In this document: positions 38,485 through 50,069 of the stretch, in pieces
Numbering within the stretch: the first letter of the stretch is position 1
Layout of the letters: each line of letters begins with the position of its first letter
Origin: the human T2T-CHM13v2.0 reference genome, Homo sapiens
Assembly: GCF_009914755.1 (NCBI RefSeq)
Contig: NC_060926.1
Strand: one strand, 5' to 3'
DNA: 64,000 nt
Translations under genes and position numbers: made by a program
The notes under the pieces: model-generated
The model's input: only the letters and a program-made list of their open reading frames with translations
The model's database searches: none
Told to the model about the DNA's origin: nothing

Positions 38485-39183
38485 CCAGAGAGGTTGAACC
38501 TGGGAGACTCAGAGAGAAGAAGACAGATTCTGTCACTGTGGGCCTCAGATGATGGCACCACTGAGTTTTAAAGGTAAGAATTCCCCTCAGCTTGAGTTGT
38601 AGAGAAAGATGAGGATGTGAAAGAATACCATTGCTGAGGTACTTTGGTGTGAAAGACGCAGTTAGGTACAGCACACCATCATATTACTTTAAGATCCAGG
38701 AATGACTTTCTTCGTGACTCCAGCCAATACTATTCTCCATGCCTCATCCTTATCACATCTACTAGTCAGAAACATGGCAACACTTGAACAGAAGTTGGGA
38801 GTTTAAGGACAAAGAAAGCTAGGTATCAACTTGATTTATCTAGCTGAGGTAGACCAGACCTTTTTTTTTTTTCCCCCTGAAGTGCAGCCCCCTGGTGGAT
38901 AAAGATTTACTCTACATCTCTGATTCAGCTGCCCTGTGGAGACAGACATTAAAGAAGAATTAAGAATGAAGACAAGAATATTGATCTCCCTCACCAATCT
39001 CCTCTAACCGATACCTCTTAATCACAGAACAAATTGGAGTCCCGGTAAACTACTTTAATGAGCATCCATTCTATTTCTTAGTTCACATGATGGGAAGAGA
39101 AGCTATCTTGCTGTCTCCCTACCTGGTTTCTCTTTATTTGTGTTTGTAATTCACTTTCTCATACCATGTCTATATTTCATTTT

Positions 39184-39205
39184 ATGTATACATGCATATA
39201 TATAT

Positions 39206-39244
<39 letters not shown>
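39184..39244 (+). repeat. (TA)n(CA)n microsatellite
   Basis: Visible. Confidence 0.9.
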
Positions 39245-39245
<1 letters not shown>

Positions 39246-39804
39246 TATTTCACATTTTCATCTGTGTTTTGCTGTAACACTGGAGGTTTATTATTTTAGA
39301 TTGTTGTGAGGCACCTGAATATTTTGCAAGACAATGAGCCTCTAGAATCTTGGTATCCAAGGAACTAATTTCGTGCAGCAAGAGAAAAAAAAAAGGTAAG
39401 CAAAAGAAAACAGTAACTATACATCTGGATTCTAGACAGTGTTAGGATGGCATAACTTGTTCCCATCTGAGTGAATTCAGTGGATTTGTATTATACAGTG
39501 CCTGCTTAAAACGTGTAGCCAAATCAGAGCCATTCTTTAAATTAAAAACAAACCCCATGGCTTTTGCAGCACTGTGTGCCTTGTATTTGCAACTCTGTTC
39601 AGTGAAACAAACTCTTGTCCCAAGAGAGTGGGCAGACAGGAGAGCTCTTAGTGCACAAGCATAAATTTCTTCCTCCTTCCAAATGATATTTTATAAAATT
39701 GTAAAGGAAATTGACACCTGAAAGTGCCTGGGTAATGCCATGTCATAAACTTTGTACTGTAAATTGGAGAGCTGGGGTAGACTGTGTTTTGAGCAGCAGG
39801 CTAC

Positions 39805-39912
39805 GTACCCAGAAACTGGGCCTATGTTCCCAGGCCTGTCCCTGGCTTTGTGTCACCCAGGGGAAATCAGTACTTTTGCCAGGGCCTGGATTACCCATCT
39901 CCAAAGTGTAGA
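39805..39912 (+). mobile_element. MIR fragment
   Basis: CTTTGTGTCACCCAGGGGAAATCA...GGGCCTGGATTACCCATCTCCAAAGTG. Confidence 0.5.
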
Positions 39913-40361
39913 TAGATATACACTTTTGCTCCCTCCTTGTCTCTGTTCCCAGCTGTAACTTGCATTTTTGGTATTCAGAAAATAGATGAGCCAATGTTTA
40001 TGAAACACTTCGAAACCCTAAGTAAAATAATCTTATGCAAGCCTAAGTTGTTATCAACTGTATTGTTATCCTTATCATTACAATGTACATGCTGTTGCAT
40101 ATTTGCAAATTACATACAGTAATTACCTGAATACATACAGTAATTCAAGTACCATTACTAGTACTTGACATTAGTATTTCATATCAACTTGCAGGGCAAT
40201 AAATACTGCTGGGATGCTTTCACTTGACAGTTGATTATTTATTGGTAGCTCAGGATTTGTTAGACACTATAATTAAGAGAATTTTAAACTTTGTCTGCCA
40301 GCAACTTCATAATCTCAGATATCCTGTGTCTGGTGATAGGCCTGTGCTGTAGGAAGTTCCC

Positions 40362-40540
40362 AGAATATTAAAGATTCAAGAAACCTGTAAGTGTATCTCC
40401 TTCAATGCTTCCATTTTGCAGATGAAGAGATGAGGTCCAGAAAGATCAAGTGACTCTCCCAAGCTGTGTAGTTAATGTGTCAGGACTGAAACCCAAGTCT
40501 CTGAATGTGCAGTTAATTGCTCTTTTCATTGTCTTGAACT
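40362..40540 (-). mobile_element. MIR/MIR3
   Basis: CCATTTTGCAGATGAAGAGATGAGGTCCAGAAAGATCAAGTGACTCTCCCAAG...AAACCCAAGTCT. Confidence 0.85.
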
Positions 40541-41371
40541 ATATGGCAAAGGCAAAAAAGAAGAAAAAGGGGGTACAGAGCCCAATTGTTTTGCTTGATT
40601 GCGTGATTCCCCAATAGTGACAGAGTTACACTGTTAAGGATTTAGAAAATGTCCCCATGGTACCTTAAAAGACTAACTGAAGTTGACAAGAAAGATGAAA
40701 ACCAAATGTAACCCATGGGTTAGAGACATCAGTGACATGATTAGAATACTATGGGATGAGTTTCCTTAGAGAGCTGTGGCATAATCTTCTAGTGTGAAGT
40801 TGTACTGCTGTCTTTCTGGCAGGCAAGTAGGTGGACTCCATTTTCTATCACCTTTACAGCTGGGATATAAATGAAGATTGTCACTTCCTGGCACTTAGTT
40901 GACCCTTTGCATAGAAAACACAACAAATTGGGTGTTGATGATGGTGGAGGTGATTATTTGGGTGAGTCCACATAGAGGAACTAGGCAGCCACATCACTGC
41001 CTATGGAGCAGAGATTCCTACTTACTGTGTGGGGACATTTATCATTGACAGATATTCTCCAGGTGGTCCATGGGCTGATATTTTTAAATCATATTAATGT
41101 TTTCTTCATAATACAGAATTGTTTCTGGCACCAATTAATAATGTGATTATGATATTTCATACAACTCAGACAGTCCCAGTTTGATTTTTTATCAGTGGCA
41201 ATCTATCTTCTCATTATTTTTCCTCGTAGGGAATTCTTGTTTTCCAGTGTGTCATCAGAGATCACTCTCACTTTAGTAGGCTGAGATTTGAAAAGAAGTA
41301 CTTATTTTTAGTAGAGAGATCCATATTATTCCTAGGAGCATGGAAGAGTAATGACACAGCATGATGCTGAA

Positions 41372-41565
41372 GTATGGTATAGTGTTGGAAATACTAGACT
41401 AGAAGTCAAAGGATTGGGAAACTCATCCCGACTTACATACCAAGTAGTTTTGTGATATGACAACTCACTTAACATTTCAGGGCCTTACCTTTCTCTTCTG
41501 TAAAATGACATAATTTGATTAAGTCAATTCTAAAGCCCCCTCTAGTCATAAAATTATAGGGATCT
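41372..41565 (+). mobile_element. MIR3
   Basis: GTATGGTATAGTG..CTAGACTAGAAGTCA, TCACTTAAC..TTCTCTTCTGTAAAATGA, CTAAAGCCCCCTCTAG. Confidence 0.75.
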
Positions 41566-42975
41566 AAGTGAATTGAAAATTGATGGCACAATTTAGGAGA
41601 AAACTTCCTGGGTTATGGAAGATATTATTATAATTCTTGTGAAACACACAAATTACACCAAATGACCCTAGAGCCAGAGCCCTGCAGCCCTGAAGCTCCC
41701 AAGGTGTGAGAGGATAGCTTTATGTTTTTATGCTGTACACAAACCACCCTTTTCCCCAAAACAAGAAGCACATTTTCAACCATAGCTGTTGGGTAATTAC
41801 ATACCCAAACACTAGCCATCATAAGCTATATTGGTGTTTTGTACACCATGCTATGGAATGGTGTACCATCTAAGTTCTTTCTGATGGTGTCAGGAAGACT
41901 GGGGAGGAGAAAAGAGACAGGAGGGGAGATAGAGAGAACTAAAGCATAGGCTTTCTGAGGTGGGTGTTGCTAGAATGTCCTTTAAAAAACATCTATCTAG
42001 TGTAATGGAAAATTATTAAAGCTGATACTCATGTGGCTAATAGGATCCATCTCGTTTGTCGTAGTCTCATTCCACATACATTAGAAACACACTGCAACCC
42101 AGTGGGGCATCTCTTTGATCTGCCACTAACTTGATAACACCAAGTATTTGTCCCTTATTAATTGTAGCCATACAGTGTAATTTTTTACTGCAGCACAGAA
42201 ATCCTATGGAACAGGTGTTCCCTTATTGCCCAATGTGACTGCCATAAGATTCCATTGTGTGTGTGCTTCTAGCCCTGAGATTTGAGGAATTAAAGCAGTT
42301 TAGGGAGGAGATGTCAAGAAACCTCTCTTGTTTCTGCAAAGCCATCTTAATCATGCCTGCCTCTTTTCTTCAGGTTGATTTACATAGCAGCGTGACATTT
42401 CATCATTAAGGAAGCAGGTCCCAATCTTCTGTGTCTTTTTCTTGGCTTGTCTGGCAAGCAATTCTCTTTTGCAAGCTATGAAATCCTTAAGGAGGACTTC
42501 CTGGCAAGGGAAAAATCCTCAGTCATCCAACAGTCTCTCACTTTTCTATTTTAAATCTTGGTCATGCACATATGGTTGGGCATGTGTGTCTAAAAATTTC
42601 TTCCACATTGACTAACTTGAGCTATTTAATAGATTGTGCTGGCCGTGGGCCTCTGCAGCAAATCCTGTGATGCTCATCTCCTTCCCTTGGGAGGCAGAAG
42701 ACGGCTTCATGCATTTGCCTTTGTGCTTTCCTTGTAATCTCCCTCTTTTGCCCTGTTAGAACATGAAAGTTAAAACCCGCTTCTTTGCTCATTTTCTTGC
42801 AATTAACATTGTCCCTGCACTCCTGCTTCCAGCAGAAAAGTGAGATCTCCAAATATCTTGGTTAATGTCCCAGCAACTGCACTTTCCCTAGGGCTTTGCT
42901 AGGTCTGTTCTAACACATTTCTGAGGACAGGAGAGCTTGAGGACATTTATACCCTATGCTCTTCTTTAAGGCCTG

Positions 42976-42979
<4 letters not shown>

Positions 42980-43021
<42 letters not shown>
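42980..43021 (+). repeat. (TG)21 perfect microsatellite
   Basis: Visible; Z-DNA-prone and probably length-polymorphic. Confidence 0.97.
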
Positions 43022-43024
<3 letters not shown>

Positions 43025-43422
43025 ATAATATGTCTCAACCTCAACTTGCTCCGAAAACTCGGAATTCCTTCCTTGTTTCTGAACAGCCCCAACCGCAGAC
43101 CTGGGGCCTATTATATCCTCTGAAATGATGGTTAAAGTAAATTTGGAGACAAAGCCAGGTTCTGGCAACTTTGTTTCTTCTTCCAGGTTGTAGGAAATGG
43201 GGCCAAAGGAATACAGGAGAATGGTGGGGGCATGCACCCTAAGCCAGTCCCCAGCTGTGCCTCTTCCAGGCATGAAGCCCAAACCCCCATGGTTTTCTCA
43301 GCAATTTAGCAACTCAGAGAAACTGGCTAAATGATACTCTGTGATCCAGAAGAATGACTTCTCTGCCAGAAGGTGAACAGTTCTGCCTTCCCAGAGGAGA
43401 CTATGCCTAAGAAGACAAAGAG

Positions 43423-43462
43423 CAATAATAACAATAACAACAGCAACAACAACATAATAATA
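43423..43462 (+). repeat. (AAC/AAT)n degenerate trinucleotide repeat
   Basis: Visible. Confidence 0.7.
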
Positions 43463-44629
43463 CTAGCATGGGGGATGAGGAGTGGTTTAGAAGCTTGCAG
43501 AAATTATCCACCCCCACTCCCCCATTTTGTCACATTCTGTGCCTAGATAGTTTGGCAATGTCTTAAAGCTCAATGCTGCTGTAAGAATGGTGTTATTATT
43601 CTCCTGCTGGGTGGCCCCAGAAATTTCATTTTTTGTAGATTGTTAAATATGTCCCCCGAAGTTTATCACAAACAGCATGAAGGAATAAAACTCCACGTGG
43701 CTGGTATTCGGTGGATCTTCCTCCCCACTGAATGACAAGCCCTTAAGTAAAAAAAGTCAGAAGAGTATGTGATAGATGGGAATATCGGGCTTACCTTCTT
43801 GGAGGGGTGCCTTGGCAGTGCACATGGTTTCAAACTTTATATAAAAATAATACTGCTGCAGTAAATGGGAAGAACATGTTGTCGTTTTTGGATTCCAGAC
43901 AAAGGCAAGAGTAAACATGCATTAAAATGGAATCTTTATTTTTAACTTACCTTTCTCTTTCTAGAAATCACATCAAAATCAGATGACACATAATACTGCA
44001 TACCTTTTAAGGATGAACCAACCTCCCAGTATAATTTGCAAAATTATTACATTTTCTACTGCTAGTCAGATGTATAATGTCTCAAGGCACCACCACCATT
44101 TCATTTTGATTCTTAGAGCTCAACTTTGTTACTAATTGTTGATTCTGACTTCATTATGCATTTAACTACTCTTGTTTTGTTGTGATCTCTGGAATGAGGA
44201 TATTTCAGTAATGTAGCCCCCTATTTTCCTTTATCTCATTATGTTTCCTCACCTCTTAGGGAGCATTTTCTTATTTTGCGTCTCTCATTTTGATCCTAGT
44301 TTGATGCTCTCTAAATCCAGGCTTGCAAACTAAAGTCATCAGTACCGAGAGCGTCTGGGGCACGAGACATCACAGAAATGGGACACACATTTAATGGTTG
44401 GCTTTTAAAAGTGTAAGAGCCATTGTAGAGAGGACTTGGGGAAGAGCCACCTGTAATTTTTCTTCTGTTTCACTTCTCTCCCTCTGACTGAGAGGGAGGA
44501 ACACCCAGATAGTGAGTCCAGACTCAGGATTTCTCAACATGCTGGTTGGGGTCTGCTCATTATGAAAGGCCAAAGAATGGAGTAGAGAAATAAGCACTAC
44601 CTCAGAATCCTGGTGAGGTGTTTTAGATT

Positions 44630-44862
44630 CCGCCATGTTAACAGTTGATCCTTGCATAGCCCTCGTCAGGCGCTGTTGTGAGAGCTTTACCTGGGTTCCC
44701 TCTTTATGCCTCTTGACAATGCTATGAGGAACTCTTATTCTCTTACCTATTTTACCAGTCAGGAAATGGAGGTAGAGCATGGCTATGTAACTTGATCAAG
44801 TTACAGAGCAGAGTTAGCCCATCTGGCAACAGAGGCCAGAACAATCACTCTGCTCTGCCACC
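44630..44862 (-). mobile_element. MIR SINE
   Basis: ACAATGCTATGAGG..CCTATTTTACCAGTCAGGAAATGGAGG..GTAACTTGATCAAGTTACAGAGC. Confidence 0.75.
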
Positions 44863-45151
44863 TTTATGCACCACACCTACCCCAATGCAATGATGGGAAG
44901 AAGCTTGTAAGTTAAATGGTGAATGTTAAAATGCACTGCCCTTTGACTACCAAGACAACACAGGTATCTTCTTTCCATCCATAATGTATGGAGCTTAATT
45001 TTTATTTTTCCTGTTTGTGTTGATTCTCACTGCTCACTTCCTAAGACCATCTTGGGATCATTAGCACTCTTTTATTTTTATTTTCTGACACTTTCCCAGC
45101 AGTACAAAAACGAAGTTCTTAGGTATAGAAAATTTCATTCTGCAAAATAAA

Positions 45152-45226
45152 CACACTCACATTAGAATCAAATGTATAATCTTGGATTTGTTAGTACCAC
45201 GTGTTACCTAACATGGCTATCCAGCT
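45152..45226 (-). pseudogene. Degenerate tRNA-Ile(AAT)-derived sequence (MamSINE1-like head or tRNA pseudogene)
   Basis: Minus strand GCTGGATAGC..GTTAGGTAACACGTGGTACTAACAAATCCAAGATT..TTTGATTC aligns with tRNA-Ile GCCGGTTAGC..GTTGGTTAGAGCGTGGTGCTAATAACGCCAAGGTC..TTCGATCC. Confidence 0.55.
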
Positions 45227-45403
45227 CAGGTGATAAGAAATTACCTGAAAACAGTTTGATGCCTCCCTCACCACCCTGTATGTAAATTCAGTCATGTACA
45301 GTATAGCAGAAGATGCAAAAGTAGAATACATTGTTCAGAATTTGGGGCTTTTATGAAAATTAAAATTTGATGCAAACACTGGAGAAAGTGATTAATATTA
45401 ATT

Positions 45404-46000
45404 CTCATAGATATTTATTGATCCTAACTGTGCATATGGAACTACACTAGATGAGGCAGGGAATATGAGGATACATAAATAAGGGTCCCTTCCTTTGGGG
45501 AATCATAGACTAATTGGGAGACATAATGGAAAACGAAGGGCCACAAAATAAAAATTGAAAGTTACAAGAAAGTAAGTAAATATAATAAGTTACTATATCT
45601 GAATGGCTTAGAAATTTCTCTGAATTCAAGAGGTAAGGAAAGAGACAAGGAAGTAAAACATTTATTATGAAACTAAGCTGTTCCAGATGCTTTTTTATGT
45701 GTGTTTTATGTAATTATCACACCCGCCTTACAAGGCAGACATGATTATTTCCTTATTTTATGGATGAAGATGACAACTGATCCAAAAGAATGCCTGGCCT
45801 GCCAGAAGGTGAACAATCCTGGCTCCTCAGTGACTCCTACCATGGTTCACCTAAGTATGCAGGGGTAGATTTAGATTTTTGAAGCCAGGCCTTTAGTAAG
45901 AGTAATCAAGGAAGGCTTCCTGGAAGGGGTGTGCTGATCCAGACAGACAGTATGTGGGCAGGGAGAAATCAGGGTAATTCCTGGCAGAAATTGGCTTGAA
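45404..46000 (-). mobile_element. L2 3' fragments with an intervening MIR (about 45658-45830)
   Basis: ATATTTATTGATCCTAACTGTGC..GGTCCCTTCC; ATCAAGGAAGGCTTCCTGGAAGGGGTG; MIR CCTTATTTTATGGATGAAGA. Confidence 0.65.
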
Positions 46001-47522
46001 TAAAATGATGGAGAGATGACTCTGCACACATATTCAGTCAGAGAAGACTTAATGGTAATAGGACATTTATTTAGGGGAAGAGTTAGAAACAATGGTAGAA
46101 AGTGTGAAGCTAAGTCTGCATGAATATGAACTAATGATGGTGAAGTGAACCATAGTGCACACTCAAACAAATCACCAATCTTTCAATCATATTGCTATAT
46201 TCAATCTACAACATAGTATCAATAATATTTAAACCCTATATTAGATTTATAAAAATTGTATTTTATATTAATATTTACAGGTCACATTAAGAAATCAGCT
46301 CTTCTTCTCCCTATTATCAATTAATATTTATTGAATTGTTCTTTGATGTAAATATGCTGTGTCAACCCCAAAGTTTCCTACTATCTTATCATCATGGTCA
46401 TCATTGGCTTTACCTGAGTACAGTCAAGTAAATAAATCACTGTGGGTCCAGATGTATGGGTTGCATTCTGCTGGGGTTTCCAAGGGCACTAGAAATGAAG
46501 AATAGCAGGTGCACAAGCATCTCTCTGGGACATCCATAACTTTCTAAAAATCCCCTTTGTCTGACTTTATAATATCACATTCGAAAATATTCAGGTTGCT
46601 TTTGTTGTTCTCTCCATAAAAAATTAATGGTCATGAAAGTATTATCATGTTTATTTTAAAGCAACTATTTTCCACATTTTAATTAAAAGTTGTAATTCAC
46701 CATCTTTTGACCAAGTTATCTTAAATCTTCATCTTATTGGTAATGGGCATTGGGCTAGATTCAGAAAGAAATACAAGTGTGACAATGCAAATAGTAAAAT
46801 CTCAGCATTTCGAGAGATATGGTTCTGTTCATTTCATGTGCTGTACTAACTCTGCCTTTTTAATTAGAAATATTCTCCCTGCTTATGCAAGAATACTGGG
46901 AAAGGGGCATTGTCTTATTCATTATGTATTCCACAAGAATCATAAGTGGACAAAACCAGGCATAATATGATGACTGTTGTGTTATTAAAGCACTTTAATA
47001 AGGTTACTCCCTCAGTAGAGTGAGCTTCTCAAATACCCGTTTCTTTTCAAGAGATGAGCTACACGGAGCAAGATGTATGTTGCTCCTCTGTGCACACGTG
47101 AGGATGATTTCTGTCTGTATTTTACAGATCTTCATGGCTATCCTACCAGGACTAGTTCTTTTTTAGTTCCCTGTCCTACCTCAGGGATTGATGTCCTAGA
47201 AAGTATTGGATATTCTATTTTAGTCCTATGGTATATAACAGGAAATAGTTTGAACTAATGATATATTGAAGAAAGGTCTGTAAACAAAGATTCACTACAT
47301 CTAGGCATTTCTATGCAATGCGGTGCTGCTATATTTACCTCTTTGTCTACCCTGCCCTCCAACTAGAAAACATTTTAATTAGTATTTCAATCTCTAATCA
47401 TTTTCATTAAAACAAAATCTTTCATAGTACTGAAGTGTTCTTTAAGAAAGAAAATGGAAAGAGTGAGGAAGGGTGGGAGGCAGGGAAGGAGGAAGGAAGA
47501 AGGAGAGGAAAGAGGAGAAGGA

Positions 47523-47896
<374 letters not shown>

Positions 47897-49388
47897 GAGG
47901 ATAAGGAAGGTGAAAAGGAAGGTTTTTTTTTAAAGGCCTACCCAATGGCAGCAGAGCAAAGACTTATCTATATGCATTACTTTGATTTCAAATTATTTTT
48001 AGCATGGCTTTTATTGTACTCATTGTTACATACATAAATCTTTAAAGTAATACGTTTTGTAAGAAATGGTCATAAAAATTTACAGCCAGTAACTTTTCCC
48101 CTGTCCCTTACAATGATATTCTACTAAAACCATTAAATGGTTCTCATTAATGCCCTTTAAATGATTGTGTAATGACCCACAATCGCTTGTAAGTGAACAA
48201 CCATTAAAGAATTACCAGTTCTTAGCATGCTTTTAAGTACAGCTTAAATACATGGGAGGTAACATATAATATATTAGAAAAAGTATTAAATTCGAAATAG
48301 TAAAAACATGATCATCACAAAAGAATGAGTAGGTGTGCAACTTTACCCTGCAATGACCACAGTTCCTACTGAACACATTATTATAGTAGATTTTTACAGC
48401 ATTTGTGCTTTTTCCTTATTGAATCTTTTCCCTTTTTTTCTGGGATTAAAAATAATAATAATAATAAAACCCTGACACAACAGGAGAGAAAGTACATATA
48501 AAAGCAAATGGGGAAAATAATTAAACCCATGTAACAGACAGCCTATCTAAACAAAAGTGAACAGTTCATCCCTCAGATACTTTGTGCACAACAGCAAATA
48601 TTCACTTTTCCCCTAACCATACAGATATTTGACATGAGACTAGTAAGCTCTTGGATGATTGCATTTTTACACCTCAAAGTATTCTGCATCATGGGAATAT
48701 GGTCAAAGATAGTAATAAATAATAACCCTTTCTGAAGGTGTGAGTTCAGATTAATTCCCTGCTATTGCAAGCTTGTTCTGTATCAAGCTTATCCATCCAT
48801 GTAGAGTTGGACATTTGATTTGCCCTAAGCTACAAATGTCAAATAAAGACTTTGGTGACATTCTTTTTTGAAGTTCTTTCACTTCTGACAGACCTCATTT
48901 GTACTCAACTACCATTCATGGTGATGCAGCAATAGAACCAGGACCCTGGGAACCACATCACCAAATAGAGCAAGGCGTAGGGTGAGCACAGTGCCACGCC
49001 ACACAAGGGAGAAGAGAAAATCAAACATTTACTGCCACTTTCATCTGCTTTTTTTTTTTTTGAAGGCATTTTACCAGGAAGAGGGGTATACAGGGGCATG
49101 AGTAGTATTAGTTTTATGTCCCCAAAGACACAGCCACACGTTTTGCTTGGGACATTTTAGAAAGTCAAGCCTTAAACCCCACTCCACAACTATTGTCTTC
49201 TTTGGCCTCCTAGGATTGATGATGTACTATCTTGTCTGCTGTCTGACAAGCTCTGCATATTCCCTGTTTTCTTAGTTGCCTCGTTATGGTGCCCTGAGCC
49301 AGGGCAGGGAGATTACTGACTTTTGAAATTCTGAGATTAGACTCACAAAGATGATCAGACTTGTTTCTCCATGTCATGAAAGTCTCAG

Positions 49389-49871
49389 TGCGACTATTCA
49401 CAATAGCAAAGACTTGGAACCAACCCAAATGCCCACCAATGATAGACTAGATAAAGAAAATGTGGCACATATACACCATGGAATACTAAGCAGCCACAAA
49501 AAATAATGAGCTCATGTCCTTTGCAGAGACATGGATGAAACTGGAAACAATCATTCTCAGCAAACTCACACAAGAACAGAAAAGTAAACACTGCATGTTC
49601 TCACTCATAAGTGGGAGTTGAACAGTGAGAACACATGGACACAGGGAGGGGAACATCATACACCGGGGCCTGTTGGGGGATGGGGGGAAAAGGGAAGGAG
49701 TGCATTAGGACAAATACCTAATCCATGCGGGGCTTAAAACCTAGATGACAGGTTGATGGGTGCAGCAAACCACCATGGCACATGTATACCTATATAACAA
49801 ACCTGCACATTCTGCACATGTATCACAGAACTTAAAGTAAAATAAAAAATAAAATAAAATATTTTTAAAAA
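49389..49871 (+). mobile_element. 5'-truncated L1PA (PA7/PA8-like) 3' end
   Basis: ORF2 C-terminal coding region (GACTTGGAACCAACCCAAATG), 3'UTR G-rich tract, GGGGCTTAAAACCTAGATGAC, A-rich tail. Confidence 0.95.
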
Positions 49872-50069
49872 GAATTTGACCTGAAAACCATCATTAAAGT
49901 ACAACCCTAATAGTTCAATATAACATAATTAAGGTTTTGCTATAATTTTAGCAGAGGCAGGGCTAAAGTTTATATCTGCTAACCAAAATGCAGAGAATGT
50001 TGACTTACATGGACTAGAGATAACGTGAAAATCCAAATAAAATTTTCTTGGGTACAAAAAAGAAAAAAA
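49872..50069 (+). other. L1 3' transduced segment plus second poly(A) tail
   Basis: AATAAA at 50036-50041, A-tail from 50056, then GAAAGTCTCAG (50070-50080) duplicating 49378-49388 at the L1 5' junction. Confidence 0.85.

Noticed and set aside
41832-41870. 9-bp inverted repeat GTACACCAT/ATGGTGTAC (also one near 11219-11263)
   Set aside because: Short stems of this size are plausible by chance in 64 kb; no other support.
49394-49591. L1-overlapping ORFs (also 57263-57690, 30864-31459, 35779-36046)
   Set aside because: Incidental frames within truncated L1 or LTR sequence; not functional genes.
49665-49700. G-quadruplex-like tract
   Set aside because: Standard feature of the L1PA 3'UTR.
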